Origin: Candidatus Zixiibacteriota bacterium
GTDB lineage: Bacteria > Zixibacteria > MSB-5A5 > GN15 > JAAZOE01
Assembly (NCBI GenBank): GCA_043819555.1
Contig: JBDREQ010000073.1
Coordinates: forward strand, 64,001 to 128,000
DNA length: 64,000 nt
Direction of reading: 5' to 3'
This document shows, piece by piece, positions 47,341 through 58,440 of the stretch; the first letter of the stretch is position 1; each line of letters starts with the position of its first letter. Position numbers and translations under genes: made by a program. Under the pieces are notes generated by a model, which made no database searches, had not been told where the DNA came from, and saw only the letters and a program-made list of their open reading frames with translations.

Positions 47341-48479
47341 CCCAGGCAATCTATCTTTTTCTGTTAGCCATTGTTGTTGCGGCAGCCATCGCAGTTTATT
47401 GGTTCCGTCGCGGGCAAGAAGAGACCTTTACGCCTGATCCGGGCGCATATATTGAAGGACTGAAGGCTTTATTACGCGGGCAGGATGAACAGGCTTTCGC
47501 GATACTCAAGGAAACGGTCTTGAATGATACCGGCAATATCCACGCTTATATTCATCTGGGCAACATATTCCGACGCCTGAAAAAATATGATCAAGCCCTG
47601 AAAGTACATCGAGATTTAACGCATCGAGGAAATTTGGCGGAATCGGAAAAACACGAAATTCTTATGGCTTTATATAATGACTATTACGCTCTTGGAGATG
47701 AACAGACCGCGATAAAAGCCATAAGAGAATTATTGCATCTTATGCCAAACAATAGTAACGCTCTGAAACTGTTATTAAAATGGCAGGAGAAGAATTGTGA
47801 ATGGAAGGAAGCTGCCCTGACCCGAAAACAAATTGATAAACTTGAAAAAGTTGATTCAAGCGCGTTGCTGGCATTGTATAAAGTATTTGAGGGGGATGAA
47901 TTAAATGAAAAAGGCGATATGCACCGGGCGCGTCTGTTTTATAAAGAAGCTTTGAATATCGATAAAAAATGCCTGGTTGCGTATGTCGCTATCGGCGAAA
48001 GTTACTATGGTGAGCAACGCCTTGACGATGCCTTGGAATACTGGACAAAGATAGTCGCACTCAGTCCGCGCGAAAGCCAGGTTGTATTTGAGCGGTTGAA
48101 AAAAGCTTATTTTGAGGTCGGACATTATGGGGAATACGCCGATACTTTATCAAAACTTCTGCAGGCTTTTCCCGAACATTTAACGGCTCGCCTGGAATTG
48201 GCTCATTTTCTTGAGAAAAAAGGTGAAACCAATACGGCGCGCGAACATTTTGTGGCGGCCCAGGATCATCACCCGGATTCTCTTATTGCCAAGCTCGGAT
48301 TGTACCGATTGAATCGTGAAACCGGCCGTAAAGAAGCAGCCGATAACGTTTTCAGACAGATTATGCAAATTGCGGTGAAACGAGAAGCCAAGTCATTCGT
48401 GTGTAAAGAATGCGGCTTAGTGGTTGATAATAAAATCTGGCTGTGCCCTCGCTGCAAAGCTGTCGATTCCTTTAACTAA
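47337..48479 (+). CDS. lapB: LapB-like TPR protein
   Basis: N-terminal TM, YIEGL, LGNIFR..A..H..L, TPR repeats, C-terminal CKECG..WLCPRC. Confidence 0.85.
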   Translation: MTQAIYLFLLAIVVAAAIAVYWFRRGQEETFTPDPGAYIEGLKALLRGQDEQAFAILKETVLNDTGNIHAYIHLGNIFRRLKKYDQALKVHRDLTHRGNLAESEKHEILMALYNDYYALGDEQTAIKAIRELLHLMPNNSNALKLLLKWQEKNCEWKEAALTRKQIDKLEKVDSSALLALYKVFEGDELNEKGDMHRARLFYKEALNIDKKCLVAYVAIGESYYGEQRLDDALEYWTKIVALSPRESQVVFERLKKAYFEVGHYGEYADTLSKLLQAFPEHLTARLELAHFLEKKGETNTAREHFVAAQDHHPDSLIAKLGLYRLNRETGRKEAADNVFRQIMQIAVKREAKSFVCKECGLVVDNKIWLCPRCKAVDSFN

Positions 48480-48492
48480 ATACTACCGAGCT

Positions 48493-49500
48493 ATGAAATA
48501 TTTATTAATTACGATATTTATTTTTGGTTTGACGGCTTTCGGACTCGCTGATGATAAAATTGATGAGATCTATCAACTATTTTCGACAGGAAAAATATAT
48601 CGGGCCGAGTCTGAATTCTCTCAGTTGCCGCAGACTGCAATTAGAGAAGGGAATCGACTCTTTATGGCATCGCTTCTGGACCCGGATGGCAAATCAGCCC
48701 GGGATAAAATTGAAGCCGCCATCCGGTCTGACCTTGACGGAAAATATCAGGAAGAAGCTTATTTCAGGCTGATTCAGTTGGCCGCAGCAGATAACGATAC
48801 GTCTAAGGTAACATCATCAGGGAAGTCTTTTCTCGATATATGGGAAACAAGCGATTTTCGAGAACAGGTTCTGGCAATATTATCCGCCTTTGAAACACGA
48901 GATGCTAAAACTCGAAACAGATATCTAAATTTATTAGGCGATGAATTTCCAGGTTCTTATTTCGGTCAATATTCCCGACTTTATCAAGCAGAAAGCGCTT
49001 TTAAAGAAGGACATTATAAAACGGCGACAACATTTTGTCGAATGATAAATAACTCTCCAAATGACGATTTGACTGCCGCCAGTTTAATCCTGCTATCTAA
49101 GATAGGGCTAAAAAACGGCGACGCCGAGAGGGCATTATTTAATTATAATATTCTGCGAGAGCAATATCGTCATGCTATTGGGGAAGAAGAACTGCTTGAC
49201 GCCTTAAAAAACGTCTCGGACGCGAAATCAGGAAAAGAATCCACTGAGATATTTGAAGGGATTACTTACTCGGTCCAGGTTGGCGTCTTTGCGGATAAAG
49301 GCAACGCCAAAAACATGGAGCAGCGGGCGGAGGGTTACGGATATGATAGTCGAATCAATAGGCGAAGAATATCGGGTCGCGATTATTATGTGGTGTTGGC
49401 CGGCAAATTTGCCACCATGCAGGAGGCCATTGCAGCCAAACAAAAATTGGAAATGGGTGAAAACGAACCATTTAAGGTAATTACTAACGATGAAAAATAG
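48493..49500 (+). CDS. TPR and SPOR domain protein
   Basis: Signal peptide, helical repeats, C-terminal YSVQVGVF...NA...Y.V..G.F. Confidence 0.8.
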   Translation: MKYLLITIFIFGLTAFGLADDKIDEIYQLFSTGKIYRAESEFSQLPQTAIREGNRLFMASLLDPDGKSARDKIEAAIRSDLDGKYQEEAYFRLIQLAAADNDTSKVTSSGKSFLDIWETSDFREQVLAILSAFETRDAKTRNRYLNLLGDEFPGSYFGQYSRLYQAESAFKEGHYKTATTFCRMINNSPNDDLTAASLILLSKIGLKNGDAERALFNYNILREQYRHAIGEEELLDALKNVSDAKSGKESTEIFEGITYSVQVGVFADKGNAKNMEQRAEGYGYDSRINRRRISGRDYYVVLAGKFATMQEAIAAKQKLEMGENEPFKVITNDEK

Positions 49501-52102
49501 CGGTCTGACGCCGATGATGCGGCAATACTACCGCTTCAAAGACAAATACCCCGACAAAATATTGTTTTTTCGCATGGGCGACTTCTATGAGATGTTTGGT
49601 GATGATGCTGTCGAAGCGGCGCCAATCCTCGGCATTGCACTAACATCGCGTTCCGGAAATGCACAAAACCCGATTCCGCTGTGCGGTATTCCTCATCATG
49701 CCCTGGATAAATATCTGCCCCGCCTGATTGAGGCTGGCAGGAAGGTCGTGATTTGCGAGCAAGTCGAAGATCCAAAGAAGGCAAAAGGAATAGTCAGGCG
49801 GGATGTGGTTGAAATCATCACGCCCGGGACATCGACAATAGAATCCTCACTTGCGCCCTCGCATGATTCGTACCTTGCCGCCTTATATGGGGATGACAAT
49901 AAAATGGCCCTGGCCCGGCTGGAAATATCCACCGGAGAATTTTCGGTTATTGAAGACGACTCGGATATTATATATGATCGCCTGGCCATGGCTCCCCCAA
50001 AAGAATTGTTAATGCCCGAAGATAAGCCTTCTGATTTATTTGGACGAATGATTAAAAATGGTTTAGCCAGAAATATCACACGGCTCGAGAATATATATTT
50101 TGATTATCGCCTGAGCAAAGAGATGTTGTGCCGATTTTTTTCTGTTAACACTCTTGATGGATTCGGTCTTAGAGATATGAAGCGGAGTGTGTCCGCCGCG
50201 GGTGCGATTTTTAGATATTTAAAGGATAACAAACAGGATAAATTAAAACACATCACGCGGATTAAAATCGGATTGGCCGATAAACGGATGTTCCTGGATG
50301 CCGCCACTATCAGGAACCTGGAGCTTTTTACAAATCTGGCAACCGGCGACGAAATGCATTCTTTTTTCTGGGCCATCAACCGTACCGGTTCATCTTTTGG
50401 AACGCGGCGCCTGCGCCGCTCTGTCGCGGCACCGTTTATTGAGAAGGATAAAATACTCTATCGCCAGAGTGGGGTGGCGGAGTTATATAAGGATAGCCTG
50501 AAATCCGAAAGTTTATCACTGCTATTTAAGAAAATTCCGGATTTGGAAAGACTTAATGGACGATTGGGATTAGGCAAGGCTGGCCCGAGAACAATGCTTG
50601 CCATACAGGATGCCATTTTGATAGCCGAAGAAATAAAGGGTCATCTGTCAGAATCATCATCTATAATGCTGAAAGCGATTTACTCTTCTTTGCCTATGGT
50701 GACGGCAATAGAGGGAAAAATTGGTACAGCCATTAGAAAAGATGCTTCACCGACGCCACACAATGGCGGAGTAATTCGTGAAGGTTATTCAAAGGAATTG
50801 GATGACCTGAATCTATCAATCAAAGACGCCCGTGAATATATTGCCGGACTGGCCGCATCGGAAAGAAAACGCACGGGAATACCTTCTCTAAAAGTCGGCT
50901 TCAATAAAGTGTTTGGTTATTATATAGAGATAACTCGGATTCACTCTGATAAGGCGCCCGATAATTATATTCGTAAGCAGACGCTGGTAAACGCCGAACG
51001 TTACATTACTGAGGAAATGAAGGTCAAAGAGAATTTGATCCTTGACGCTGAAGATAAAATCAATCGTCTCGAGCATCAGTTATTCGAACAATTAGCGGAA
51101 GATATTTCTCAGTCCCTCCCTGAATTAATTTCTCTTGCAGATTTATTGGCTGAAATAGACGTCGTCAATTCTCTTGCTGTCTTGGCGAGAGAGCAAAAAT
51201 ACGTTAGTCCAGTAATCATAGATGACTGTGTCCTTAAGCTATCTCAAGGATTTCATCCTGTCCTGTCTCAGATTCTGGGCGCGGGTCATTTCGTGGCCAA
51301 TGATACTAATTTGAATGATATAGATACATCTCTTGTAGTTTTAACCGGACCAAATATGTCGGGCAAATCGACCTGGCTGCGCCAGACCGGTCTAATTGTG
51401 ATCCTTGCGCAAATCGGCTCTTTTGTTCCTGCCGAGGAGGCGACTATTGGGATTGTTGATCGTGTTTTTACCAGAGTGGGCGCGACCGACAGCCTGACCC
51501 GCGGGCAATCGACATTTCTGGTCGAGATGGTTGAAACAGCCAATATACTGCATAACACCACTGATAAATCGTTATTGTTATTGGATGAAATCGGACGAGG
51601 TACTTCGACCTTTGATGGATTATCGGTAGCCTGGGCGGTTGCCGAAACCATTCATCAGCATCCGTCCGGAACTCCCCGGACGTTATTTGCCACTCATTAT
51701 CATGAAATGACCGGGTTGGCTTCGATTTATCCGCGCATAAAAAATTATCAGGTTACCGTAAAGAAATGGGGTAAGGAAGTTATTTTTCTGCATCAGGTAA
51801 TTCCCGGCGGATGTGATGATTCGTATGGAATTGAAGTTGCAAGGCTGGCCGGATTGCCCAAAAATACAATTTCACGGGCGCGAGAGATTCTTAAACTTCT
51901 CGAATCAGGGAAATTCGCCAAATCAGAGTTAGCGCGGGGATTACATGCCCGGTTGAATCAGCCGACATTATTTGACGAGTCTATAACTTTGGGAGAATCG
52001 TTAATTGTTGAAAAGATTAAGGAACTTGACGTAAATAATTTAACCCCGCTTAAGGCGCTGGAGTTTTTGTCGCAAATCAAAAAAGATATTGATAATGAAT
52101 GA
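49490..52102 (+). CDS. mutS: DNA mismatch repair protein MutS
   Basis: TPMMRQY, GDFYEMF, TGPNMSGKST, STFLVEM, DEIGRGTST, ATHYHE. Confidence 0.98.
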   Translation: MKNSGLTPMMRQYYRFKDKYPDKILFFRMGDFYEMFGDDAVEAAPILGIALTSRSGNAQNPIPLCGIPHHALDKYLPRLIEAGRKVVICEQVEDPKKAKGIVRRDVVEIITPGTSTIESSLAPSHDSYLAALYGDDNKMALARLEISTGEFSVIEDDSDIIYDRLAMAPPKELLMPEDKPSDLFGRMIKNGLARNITRLENIYFDYRLSKEMLCRFFSVNTLDGFGLRDMKRSVSAAGAIFRYLKDNKQDKLKHITRIKIGLADKRMFLDAATIRNLELFTNLATGDEMHSFFWAINRTGSSFGTRRLRRSVAAPFIEKDKILYRQSGVAELYKDSLKSESLSLLFKKIPDLERLNGRLGLGKAGPRTMLAIQDAILIAEEIKGHLSESSSIMLKAIYSSLPMVTAIEGKIGTAIRKDASPTPHNGGVIREGYSKELDDLNLSIKDAREYIAGLAASERKRTGIPSLKVGFNKVFGYYIEITRIHSDKAPDNYIRKQTLVNAERYITEEMKVKENLILDAEDKINRLEHQLFEQLAEDISQSLPELISLADLLAEIDVVNSLAVLAREQKYVSPVIIDDCVLKLSQGFHPVLSQILGAGHFVANDTNLNDIDTSLVVLTGPNMSGKSTWLRQTGLIVILAQIGSFVPAEEATIGIVDRVFTRVGATDSLTRGQSTFLVEMVETANILHNTTDKSLLLLDEIGRGTSTFDGLSVAWAVAETIHQHPSGTPRTLFATHYHEMTGLASIYPRIKNYQVTVKKWGKEVIFLHQVIPGGCDDSYGIEVARLAGLPKNTISRAREILKLLESGKFAKSELARGLHARLNQPTLFDESITLGESLIVEKIKELDVNNLTPLKALEFLSQIKKDIDNE

Positions 52103-53960
52103 CTTTTCTGATAACAAATTTGCCAGACCGATAAAACAGCTGGATAGAAATCTTATAAATAAAATCGCAGCTGGAGAAGTAATTGAACGCCCGGCATCAG
52201 TTATCAAGGAAACGATTGAAAACTCACTTGACGCCGGAGCCACGTCGGTTGAAATAATTGCCGAAAAGGCCGGAACGACATATCTTGGCGTGATCGATGA
52301 CGGATGCGGAATCCCCTCGGCGCAGGTAAAACTGGCGTTCAGTCGTCATGCCACTTCCAAAATACAAACCACCGATGATTTATTCGCCGTAAATTCATAC
52401 GGATTCAGAGGAGAAGCGCTACCTTCTATTGCCTCGGTTGCGCATTTAAACCTGACGACTCGATTCTACAAAGAGAGCGAGGGAACATTTATTGCGATAG
52501 AAGGAGGCAGGGAAATCGATTGCCGACCTGTCTCGACGCCTATCGGGACAAAAATTGAAATTTCCCATTTATTTTTTAACACTCCCGCGCGAAGAAAGTT
52601 CTTAAAAAGCGAGACAACCGAATCGCGCCAGATCATCAGGGTTGTGGAACGTATGGCGTTGGGTAAACCTTCAGTGGCTATGAAGCTGACTCTCAATAAT
52701 CGGCTAACTTTTCAGGTTCCACAGAATCAACCGATTGCTGACAGAATGGCGAGTCTATTCAGTATCAAGCCGGATGGAATTGTAGAATACGATATTGAAA
52801 TGAGTGGAGTTTATTTTCTGGCATATTTGGCGCATCCGGATCATGCCAGGCAGGACCGCACCCGAATATGTTTATTCATAAACGGGCGTTCGGTTACGTC
52901 ATCAAGTTTGATACATGCGGTCACTTCGGGGTACGGTGAATTTTTGCCGCCCGGCCGATTTCCTCTGGCGGTTATTTATTTGACTATTGATCCATCGTGC
53001 CTGGACGTCAATGTCCACCCAACCAAGGCTGAAGTCAGATTATCTGAAGAACGAGCGATTCATGATAATTTGTATCGTATCGTAAAGAAGGCTTTGAGAG
53101 ACTGGCGTTTAATTCCCTCCAGCGATCATCAATCATATAATAATGCAATGAAAGGCGGCGCTTCCGCACCTCAGTTTCAACAGAATATGAATTTGCGGTC
53201 ATCGCGGCCGCTTTCTGAAACTCCATATTCTAAACAATACTTTAATCAACAAAGTATTTCAGGCACTCTAAACACATTTACCTCAGCCCCATTTTCGGAA
53301 CCGGTCGGATGTGATAATCGGGTTCCTCCGAATGATGAATCATCTGCTGTTACTTCACAAACTGCAGATGATGCAAAAGAAATAACATTGCATGATATTG
53401 TATATCTGGGGAAGGTAGGACGTCAATATCTGGTTCTTTCAATAGGGGGCGAGCTGTACATTGTTGATCAACATGCTGCCCATGAAAGAGTTTTATACGA
53501 ACATGCGCTCGAACAGGTAGAAAAGGGAAACGCTGCCTCGCAAAAATCATTATTTCCCGAAGCGGTCGAGCTCTCCTCCGAAGAATATATAACTTTCGAA
53601 ACCAATCAGGAAACTCTTACAAAACTTGGCTTTGAAATTGATGCCTTTGGCGGTAATTCTGTTGTTGTCCAGGGTATACCCCCGGTATTCAAAGATAAAA
53701 ATCCCGCAGAAATTATTAAAATATTGCTTGATGATATCAGCCATTTGAAAAAAGCAGGAGGCGATATAATCAAATCAATTGCCCAATCATTGGCCTGTCG
53801 GGCCGCCGTTATGGCCGGTGATAAATTATCAGAGGATGAAGTGCAATCTCTACTTTCATCGCTTTTAAGAGTCAATAATCCTTATTGTTGCCCTCACGGC
53901 CGCCCGACCTTTGTAAAAATAAGTCTGGACGAACTGGATAGCAGATTCGGACGGGCATAA
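52095..53960 (+). CDS. mutL: DNA mismatch repair protein MutL
   Basis: IAAGEVIERP, GFRGEAL, DVNVHPTK, endonuclease motifs DQHAAHER, ACR, CPHGRP. Confidence 0.97.
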   Translation: MNDFSDNKFARPIKQLDRNLINKIAAGEVIERPASVIKETIENSLDAGATSVEIIAEKAGTTYLGVIDDGCGIPSAQVKLAFSRHATSKIQTTDDLFAVNSYGFRGEALPSIASVAHLNLTTRFYKESEGTFIAIEGGREIDCRPVSTPIGTKIEISHLFFNTPARRKFLKSETTESRQIIRVVERMALGKPSVAMKLTLNNRLTFQVPQNQPIADRMASLFSIKPDGIVEYDIEMSGVYFLAYLAHPDHARQDRTRICLFINGRSVTSSSLIHAVTSGYGEFLPPGRFPLAVIYLTIDPSCLDVNVHPTKAEVRLSEERAIHDNLYRIVKKALRDWRLIPSSDHQSYNNAMKGGASAPQFQQNMNLRSSRPLSETPYSKQYFNQQSISGTLNTFTSAPFSEPVGCDNRVPPNDESSAVTSQTADDAKEITLHDIVYLGKVGRQYLVLSIGGELYIVDQHAAHERVLYEHALEQVEKGNAASQKSLFPEAVELSSEEYITFETNQETLTKLGFEIDAFGGNSVVVQGIPPVFKDKNPAEIIKILLDDISHLKKAGGDIIKSIAQSLACRAAVMAGDKLSEDEVQSLLSSLLRVNNPYCCPHGRPTFVKISLDELDSRFGRA

Positions 53961-53961
53961 A

Positions 53962-54912
53962 ATGAATCAATCCATAGATAAAATAAATATCTTGATTATT
54001 GGGGGGCCGACCGCATCGGGGAAATCGTCGCTGGCCATAAATATCGCGAAAAAGTACGATGCCGAGATAATTTCCGCCGATTCCCGCCAGATTTATCATC
54101 AATTAAAAATTGGAACCGACAGGATGGATGAGACTGAATGGGGTGGAATAAAACACCATCTTATGGGTTCTCATAATCTTGGCGATAAATTCACTGCCTT
54201 CGATTTTTTGATTGAATCAGAAAAAATTATTAGCAATCTATCCGCGGTTAATAAAAAGGTTATCGTTTGTGGCGGGACGGGACTGTATCTTCGAGCCTTA
54301 ACTGAAGGAATTATCGAATTACCCGATCATGACACTTCATATCGGAACGAGCTTCTTGATATCGCCGCGGCAAGAGGCCCAAAATTTATTCATGAGATGC
54401 TTGAAAAAGTTGATCCTGAAGAAGCTGCAAAAATTCATTTTAATAATATGATACGAGTTATTCGAGCGCTCGAAATTTATAATCTGATCGGGCGGCCAAA
54501 AAGTGAGGTCATAAACGAAACTGTTCCGAGAAATGAGAAATTTAATTTTATGCAAATTTATTTGGTCCCTGAGCGCGATCAACTATATGAACGAATAAAT
54601 AGTCGCGTCGACAAAATGTTTGAGCAGGGTTTACTGATAGAGGCTGAGAGTATATTCAAATCTCCCTTAGAGGGAAAGTTAAAATTATGTAAGATAGTTG
54701 GTTACACGGAATTGATTGCATATTTTGAGAATCACATATCATTAACCGAAGCCCAGAATTTAATTAAGCAAAATACGAGACGATACGCCAAAAGACAATA
54801 TACCTGGTTTGGAAATACCACTGGAGCGCAGTTTGTACCAAAGTTTGGGAGCGAAGCAGAAGCATTGGCATCTTGCTTGGAACAAATTAATGGATTTTGG
54901 CATAAATCTTAG
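53962..54912 (+). CDS. miaA: tRNA dimethylallyltransferase
   Basis: GPTASGKS, SADSRQIY, GGTGLY, TRRYAKRQ.TW. Confidence 0.96.
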   Translation: MNQSIDKINILIIGGPTASGKSSLAINIAKKYDAEIISADSRQIYHQLKIGTDRMDETEWGGIKHHLMGSHNLGDKFTAFDFLIESEKIISNLSAVNKKVIVCGGTGLYLRALTEGIIELPDHDTSYRNELLDIAAARGPKFIHEMLEKVDPEEAAKIHFNNMIRVIRALEIYNLIGRPKSEVINETVPRNEKFNFMQIYLVPERDQLYERINSRVDKMFEQGLLIEAESIFKSPLEGKLKLCKIVGYTELIAYFENHISLTEAQNLIKQNTRRYAKRQYTWFGNTTGAQFVPKFGSEAEALASCLEQINGFWHKS

Positions 54913-55043
54913 AAAGATAAAAAACTTGACACAAATTCTGAGTTTGCATATATATCAACAAGTTACAGGGAATATACAATAAAGCGACAAGGATGTCGTA
55001 CCGATAATAAGTTTAGATAAACCTTAAAGCGACAGGGATAACA

Positions 55044-57062
55044 TTGAAGTTTTCAAATTGTTTTTTATTTATTGCATTGAGTCTATGCCAATCAGTCATT
55101 GCCAGCAATCAGACTGACTTCAAGCAAAGTACTATAATTTACAAGGAATTATCAGACTCATCGAATAACATATATGAATCTGCGGATATGTCATATGATG
55201 AATCAGTTTTTTCCGATTCAGCCTACGCCGTTGATGACGAGATTTGGAGGCAGTTGCATCAGGCCCAGGAGTATTTTGCCCAGGGTGTTGCAGCCAATCA
55301 GGAGGCATCATGGGAAGAGGCGCAATATTACCTGGAGCAGGCTCTGAGAGTTATGTCGGATCTCGATATTGATACAGTTAATGTTACTCCGGAATCGAAA
55401 CGATACAGCTCGCTGCTTTCTCAAATAGTGGCTGATTATCGCTTGACATTGCTATCCTTGGGTTCGCTGCCTGAAGATGCTTCACCTTCAGCTTTTCTCG
55501 AGAAATTTTCGTCAATTCAGGATTTAGGCGAACTTAAAGTAGAGGGTGAGAAAAAGCCGGTTACATATAATGTGCCGATGGTTTTAAATGACAGGGTCAA
55601 GAAATCAATAATATATTTTCAGACTGTTGCCCGGGAAGCATTTGAAAAATATTTGGAGCGCTCGGGGAAATACATCCCTCTCATGACTGAGATTTTGGAA
55701 CAACATGGTATTCCTTCCGATATTGTATACTTGCCGATAATTGAATCTGGATTTAATTGCAAAGCTTATTCCTGGGCACGAGCCAGCGGTCCCTGGCAGT
55801 TTATCGCTTCAACCGGCAGGACATATGGGTTAAATAGAAACTGGTGGTATGATGAAAGACGGGATTTTGTCAAATCTACTCATGCAGCGTCAAAATTTCT
55901 GAAACACTTATATGAAAAATTCGGAAGCTGGGAGCTTGCTCTCGCGGCCTATAATGGCGGACCGGGAAGAGTAAACCGGACTATTAAGTCGCAAAAAACA
56001 AGCAATTTCTGGGACATGAAGCTTCGCAAGCAAACTGAAGATTATGTTCCATTTTATATGGCCGCCACGATTATTGCAAAAAACCCTGAGCTTTATGGTT
56101 TTTATGTCAATTATGATGACCCGATAACTTATGATGAGGTTGTCATTAAAAAATGTCTGGATCTCAAGACAGTTGCCAAAGCAATCGGAGTATCAAAAGA
56201 AACGCTCGTGGAGTTAAATCCTGAATTATTACGGGAAGTTACTCCACCCGGCAAATCAAAATATAACTTACGACTTCCCGCTGGAACCAAGGACAGGTTT
56301 TTGACCAGTTTACCCCAATTGAAATCGCCTCAGGAGACGGAATGGGTTCGCCATAAGATAAAAAGAGGGGAAACGGTTTCAAGTATCGCGAGCAAATATG
56401 GGGTATCACAGTATGCCATCTTCGAAGCGAATAATCTGAACAGGCATGCCCGGATTTATGCCGGTAAATCGCTTATTGTGCCGGTCCCGCTGGACGGAAA
56501 TTATTCATCGGATGGAATGACCCAAAATAGACAGGCGACGGGAGAGAATACATATATAGTCAAAAGGGGCGATAATTTGTGGGAGATTTCTCGGTCCTTT
56601 GATACGTCTCCGGAAAAATTGCGGAAGCTGAATTATCTTGGTAATTCAAGCCGAATTTATGTCGGTCAAGTATTAAAGTTGCCGGGTTCCAATAAATCCA
56701 CGATAGCCAGGCAGGATAGGGATTTTGATCATAAACCGGCGGGTAATACGAAAGTGTATGTCGTCAAGAGGGGCGATACTCTCTGGGATATTGCCCGTAA
56801 ATATGGTACGACAACGGCGACTCTAAGACGTCTAAATGGTCTTAACCGATCTTCGCGGATATATGCAGGGCAAGAATTATTGGTAAGCTCCGAGGATGCT
56901 TTATCTGAAGGCGATTATTATGTTTATACCGTTCGCCGGGGAGACAATCTCTCGATCATTGCCAAAGCATTTGGAACAACAGTCAACTCGCTGATACGTT
57001 TAAATAATATCAAAAATGCCTCCCAACTGTCAATTGGAACTAAACTAAAGATTTCGAAATAA
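55044..57062 (+). CDS. mltD: MltD-like lytic murein transglycosylase with four LysM domains
   Basis: IIESG, A.GPWQF, LAAYNGG, T..YV; four LysM repeats (KRGET, KRGDNL, KRGDTL, RRGDNL). Confidence 0.88.
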   Translation: MKFSNCFLFIALSLCQSVIASNQTDFKQSTIIYKELSDSSNNIYESADMSYDESVFSDSAYAVDDEIWRQLHQAQEYFAQGVAANQEASWEEAQYYLEQALRVMSDLDIDTVNVTPESKRYSSLLSQIVADYRLTLLSLGSLPEDASPSAFLEKFSSIQDLGELKVEGEKKPVTYNVPMVLNDRVKKSIIYFQTVAREAFEKYLERSGKYIPLMTEILEQHGIPSDIVYLPIIESGFNCKAYSWARASGPWQFIASTGRTYGLNRNWWYDERRDFVKSTHAASKFLKHLYEKFGSWELALAAYNGGPGRVNRTIKSQKTSNFWDMKLRKQTEDYVPFYMAATIIAKNPELYGFYVNYDDPITYDEVVIKKCLDLKTVAKAIGVSKETLVELNPELLREVTPPGKSKYNLRLPAGTKDRFLTSLPQLKSPQETEWVRHKIKRGETVSSIASKYGVSQYAIFEANNLNRHARIYAGKSLIVPVPLDGNYSSDGMTQNRQATGENTYIVKRGDNLWEISRSFDTSPEKLRKLNYLGNSSRIYVGQVLKLPGSNKSTIARQDRDFDHKPAGNTKVYVVKRGDTLWDIARKYGTTTATLRRLNGLNRSSRIYAGQELLVSSEDALSEGDYYVYTVRRGDNLSIIAKAFGTTVNSLIRLNNIKNASQLSIGTKLKISK

Positions 57063-57072
57063 GGCAGAACTG

Positions 57073-57975
57073 ATGAAAAGAAAAACAGTCGTTATTACGG
57101 TAATCATCTTATCATGTGTTGTATTTTTCGGATTCATTGGCGTGATGATTGTCGTCAGCCTTATGGGCAATGTGGATGATGGCATTTATTCGGGTTTTTC
57201 AGGTTTTGGACCTAACGTAGCGGTCGTGGAAATTTATGGCGCCGTATATGATTCCCGCAGTTTTGTCCGGCAGATAGTAAGATGGACGGATGATAATTCT
57301 GTTAAGGCAATTGTCCTCGATATTAATTCACCGGGAGGGGCTTCGGTTTCGTTTCAGGAGATGTATGACGCCGTAATAAAGGCCAGAGAATCGGGGAAAA
57401 TAGTCGTGGCCAGCCTGGGCACGGTCGCCGCCTCGGGGGGATATTATGTCGCCTGCGCCGCTGACAAAATAGTAGCTAATCCAAGCACTATAACCGGCTC
57501 AATTGGAGTTATCATGTCGTTTCCTACTGCCAAAAAACTGTTTGACAAAATTGGCCTAAAGTGGGAAACAATTAAATCGGGGGATCTCAAAGATGTTGGA
57601 ACGATGGACCGAGATATGACTCCCGAAGAAGAACGGATGTTGCAGGCCGTTATTGATGATACATATGAGCAGTTTATTGAAGCGATAGCGGAAGGCCGAA
57701 ATCGAGACAAAGAAGAAATTTACCCTTTTGCGGACGGTTCCATTTTTACCGGCCGGCAGGCTTATAACATGGGGTTAGTTGATACTTTAGGGACCTATTA
57801 CGATGCTCTTGATATCGCCGGTGAGCTTTCAGGAATCGGTTCCAAGCCGGATATTGTCAGAGAGAGTAAAAGGAAACCCGGGTTTTTTGATATTTTAAAT
57901 CAATCGCTTAATCTTTTGGAGAGGATTTCCAATATTGAAAACAATCAACAGGGCCTATTGTATCAATATCAATGA
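57073..57975 (+). CDS. sppA: Signal peptide peptidase SppA (S49)
   Basis: INSPGG, AASGGYY, TGSIGV, KSG..KD, FTGRQA..GLVD. Confidence 0.93.
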   Translation: MKRKTVVITVIILSCVVFFGFIGVMIVVSLMGNVDDGIYSGFSGFGPNVAVVEIYGAVYDSRSFVRQIVRWTDDNSVKAIVLDINSPGGASVSFQEMYDAVIKARESGKIVVASLGTVAASGGYYVACAADKIVANPSTITGSIGVIMSFPTAKKLFDKIGLKWETIKSGDLKDVGTMDRDMTPEEERMLQAVIDDTYEQFIEAIAEGRNRDKEEIYPFADGSIFTGRQAYNMGLVDTLGTYYDALDIAGELSGIGSKPDIVRESKRKPGFFDILNQSLNLLERISNIENNQQGLLYQYQ

Positions 57976-58119
57976 ATTCTGGGCGAATAATGGTTTATGA
58001 CGCCGATATTTAAGGCATGATTACTTTGAAAAATAATTTAAAAAAAGGTTGCGTAACATATTGGAAATTATTATGTTTCGTAACTCGATAAACGATAATG
58101 TTTTTTGGAGGAGGACGAG

Positions 58120-58404
58120 ATGACCAAGGCGGATCTGGTCGAAAGGGTTGCAGAAAAGACCGGGCTGACTAGAACTGACGTAGCCGTGGTGGTCGATAAT
58201 TTCTTGGCAACTGTTAAGAAATCGCTGGAAGCGGGACACAACATTGAGATTCGTGGGTTTGGGACGTTTAAGATTAAACTTAGGAAGGCACGCAAGGCGA
58301 GAAACCCTCGCACTGGTGAAGTAGTCCCGGTGCCCGACCGTAAAGTACCGGTATTTAAGCCTTCCAATGAATTTAAGAGCATGATTACCAAACTGCCGAT
58401 ATAA
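58120..58404 (+). CDS. HU/IHF family DNA-binding protein
   Basis: MTKADL, IEIRGFGTF, ARNPRTG, FKPS; RBS GGAGGAGG. Confidence 0.95.
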   Translation: MTKADLVERVAEKTGLTRTDVAVVVDNFLATVKKSLEAGHNIEIRGFGTFKIKLRKARKARNPRTGEVVPVPDRKVPVFKPSNEFKSMITKLPI

Positions 58405-58440
58405 TTTTGACGCGGTTATCAGGTTATCACAGGAGGATTA

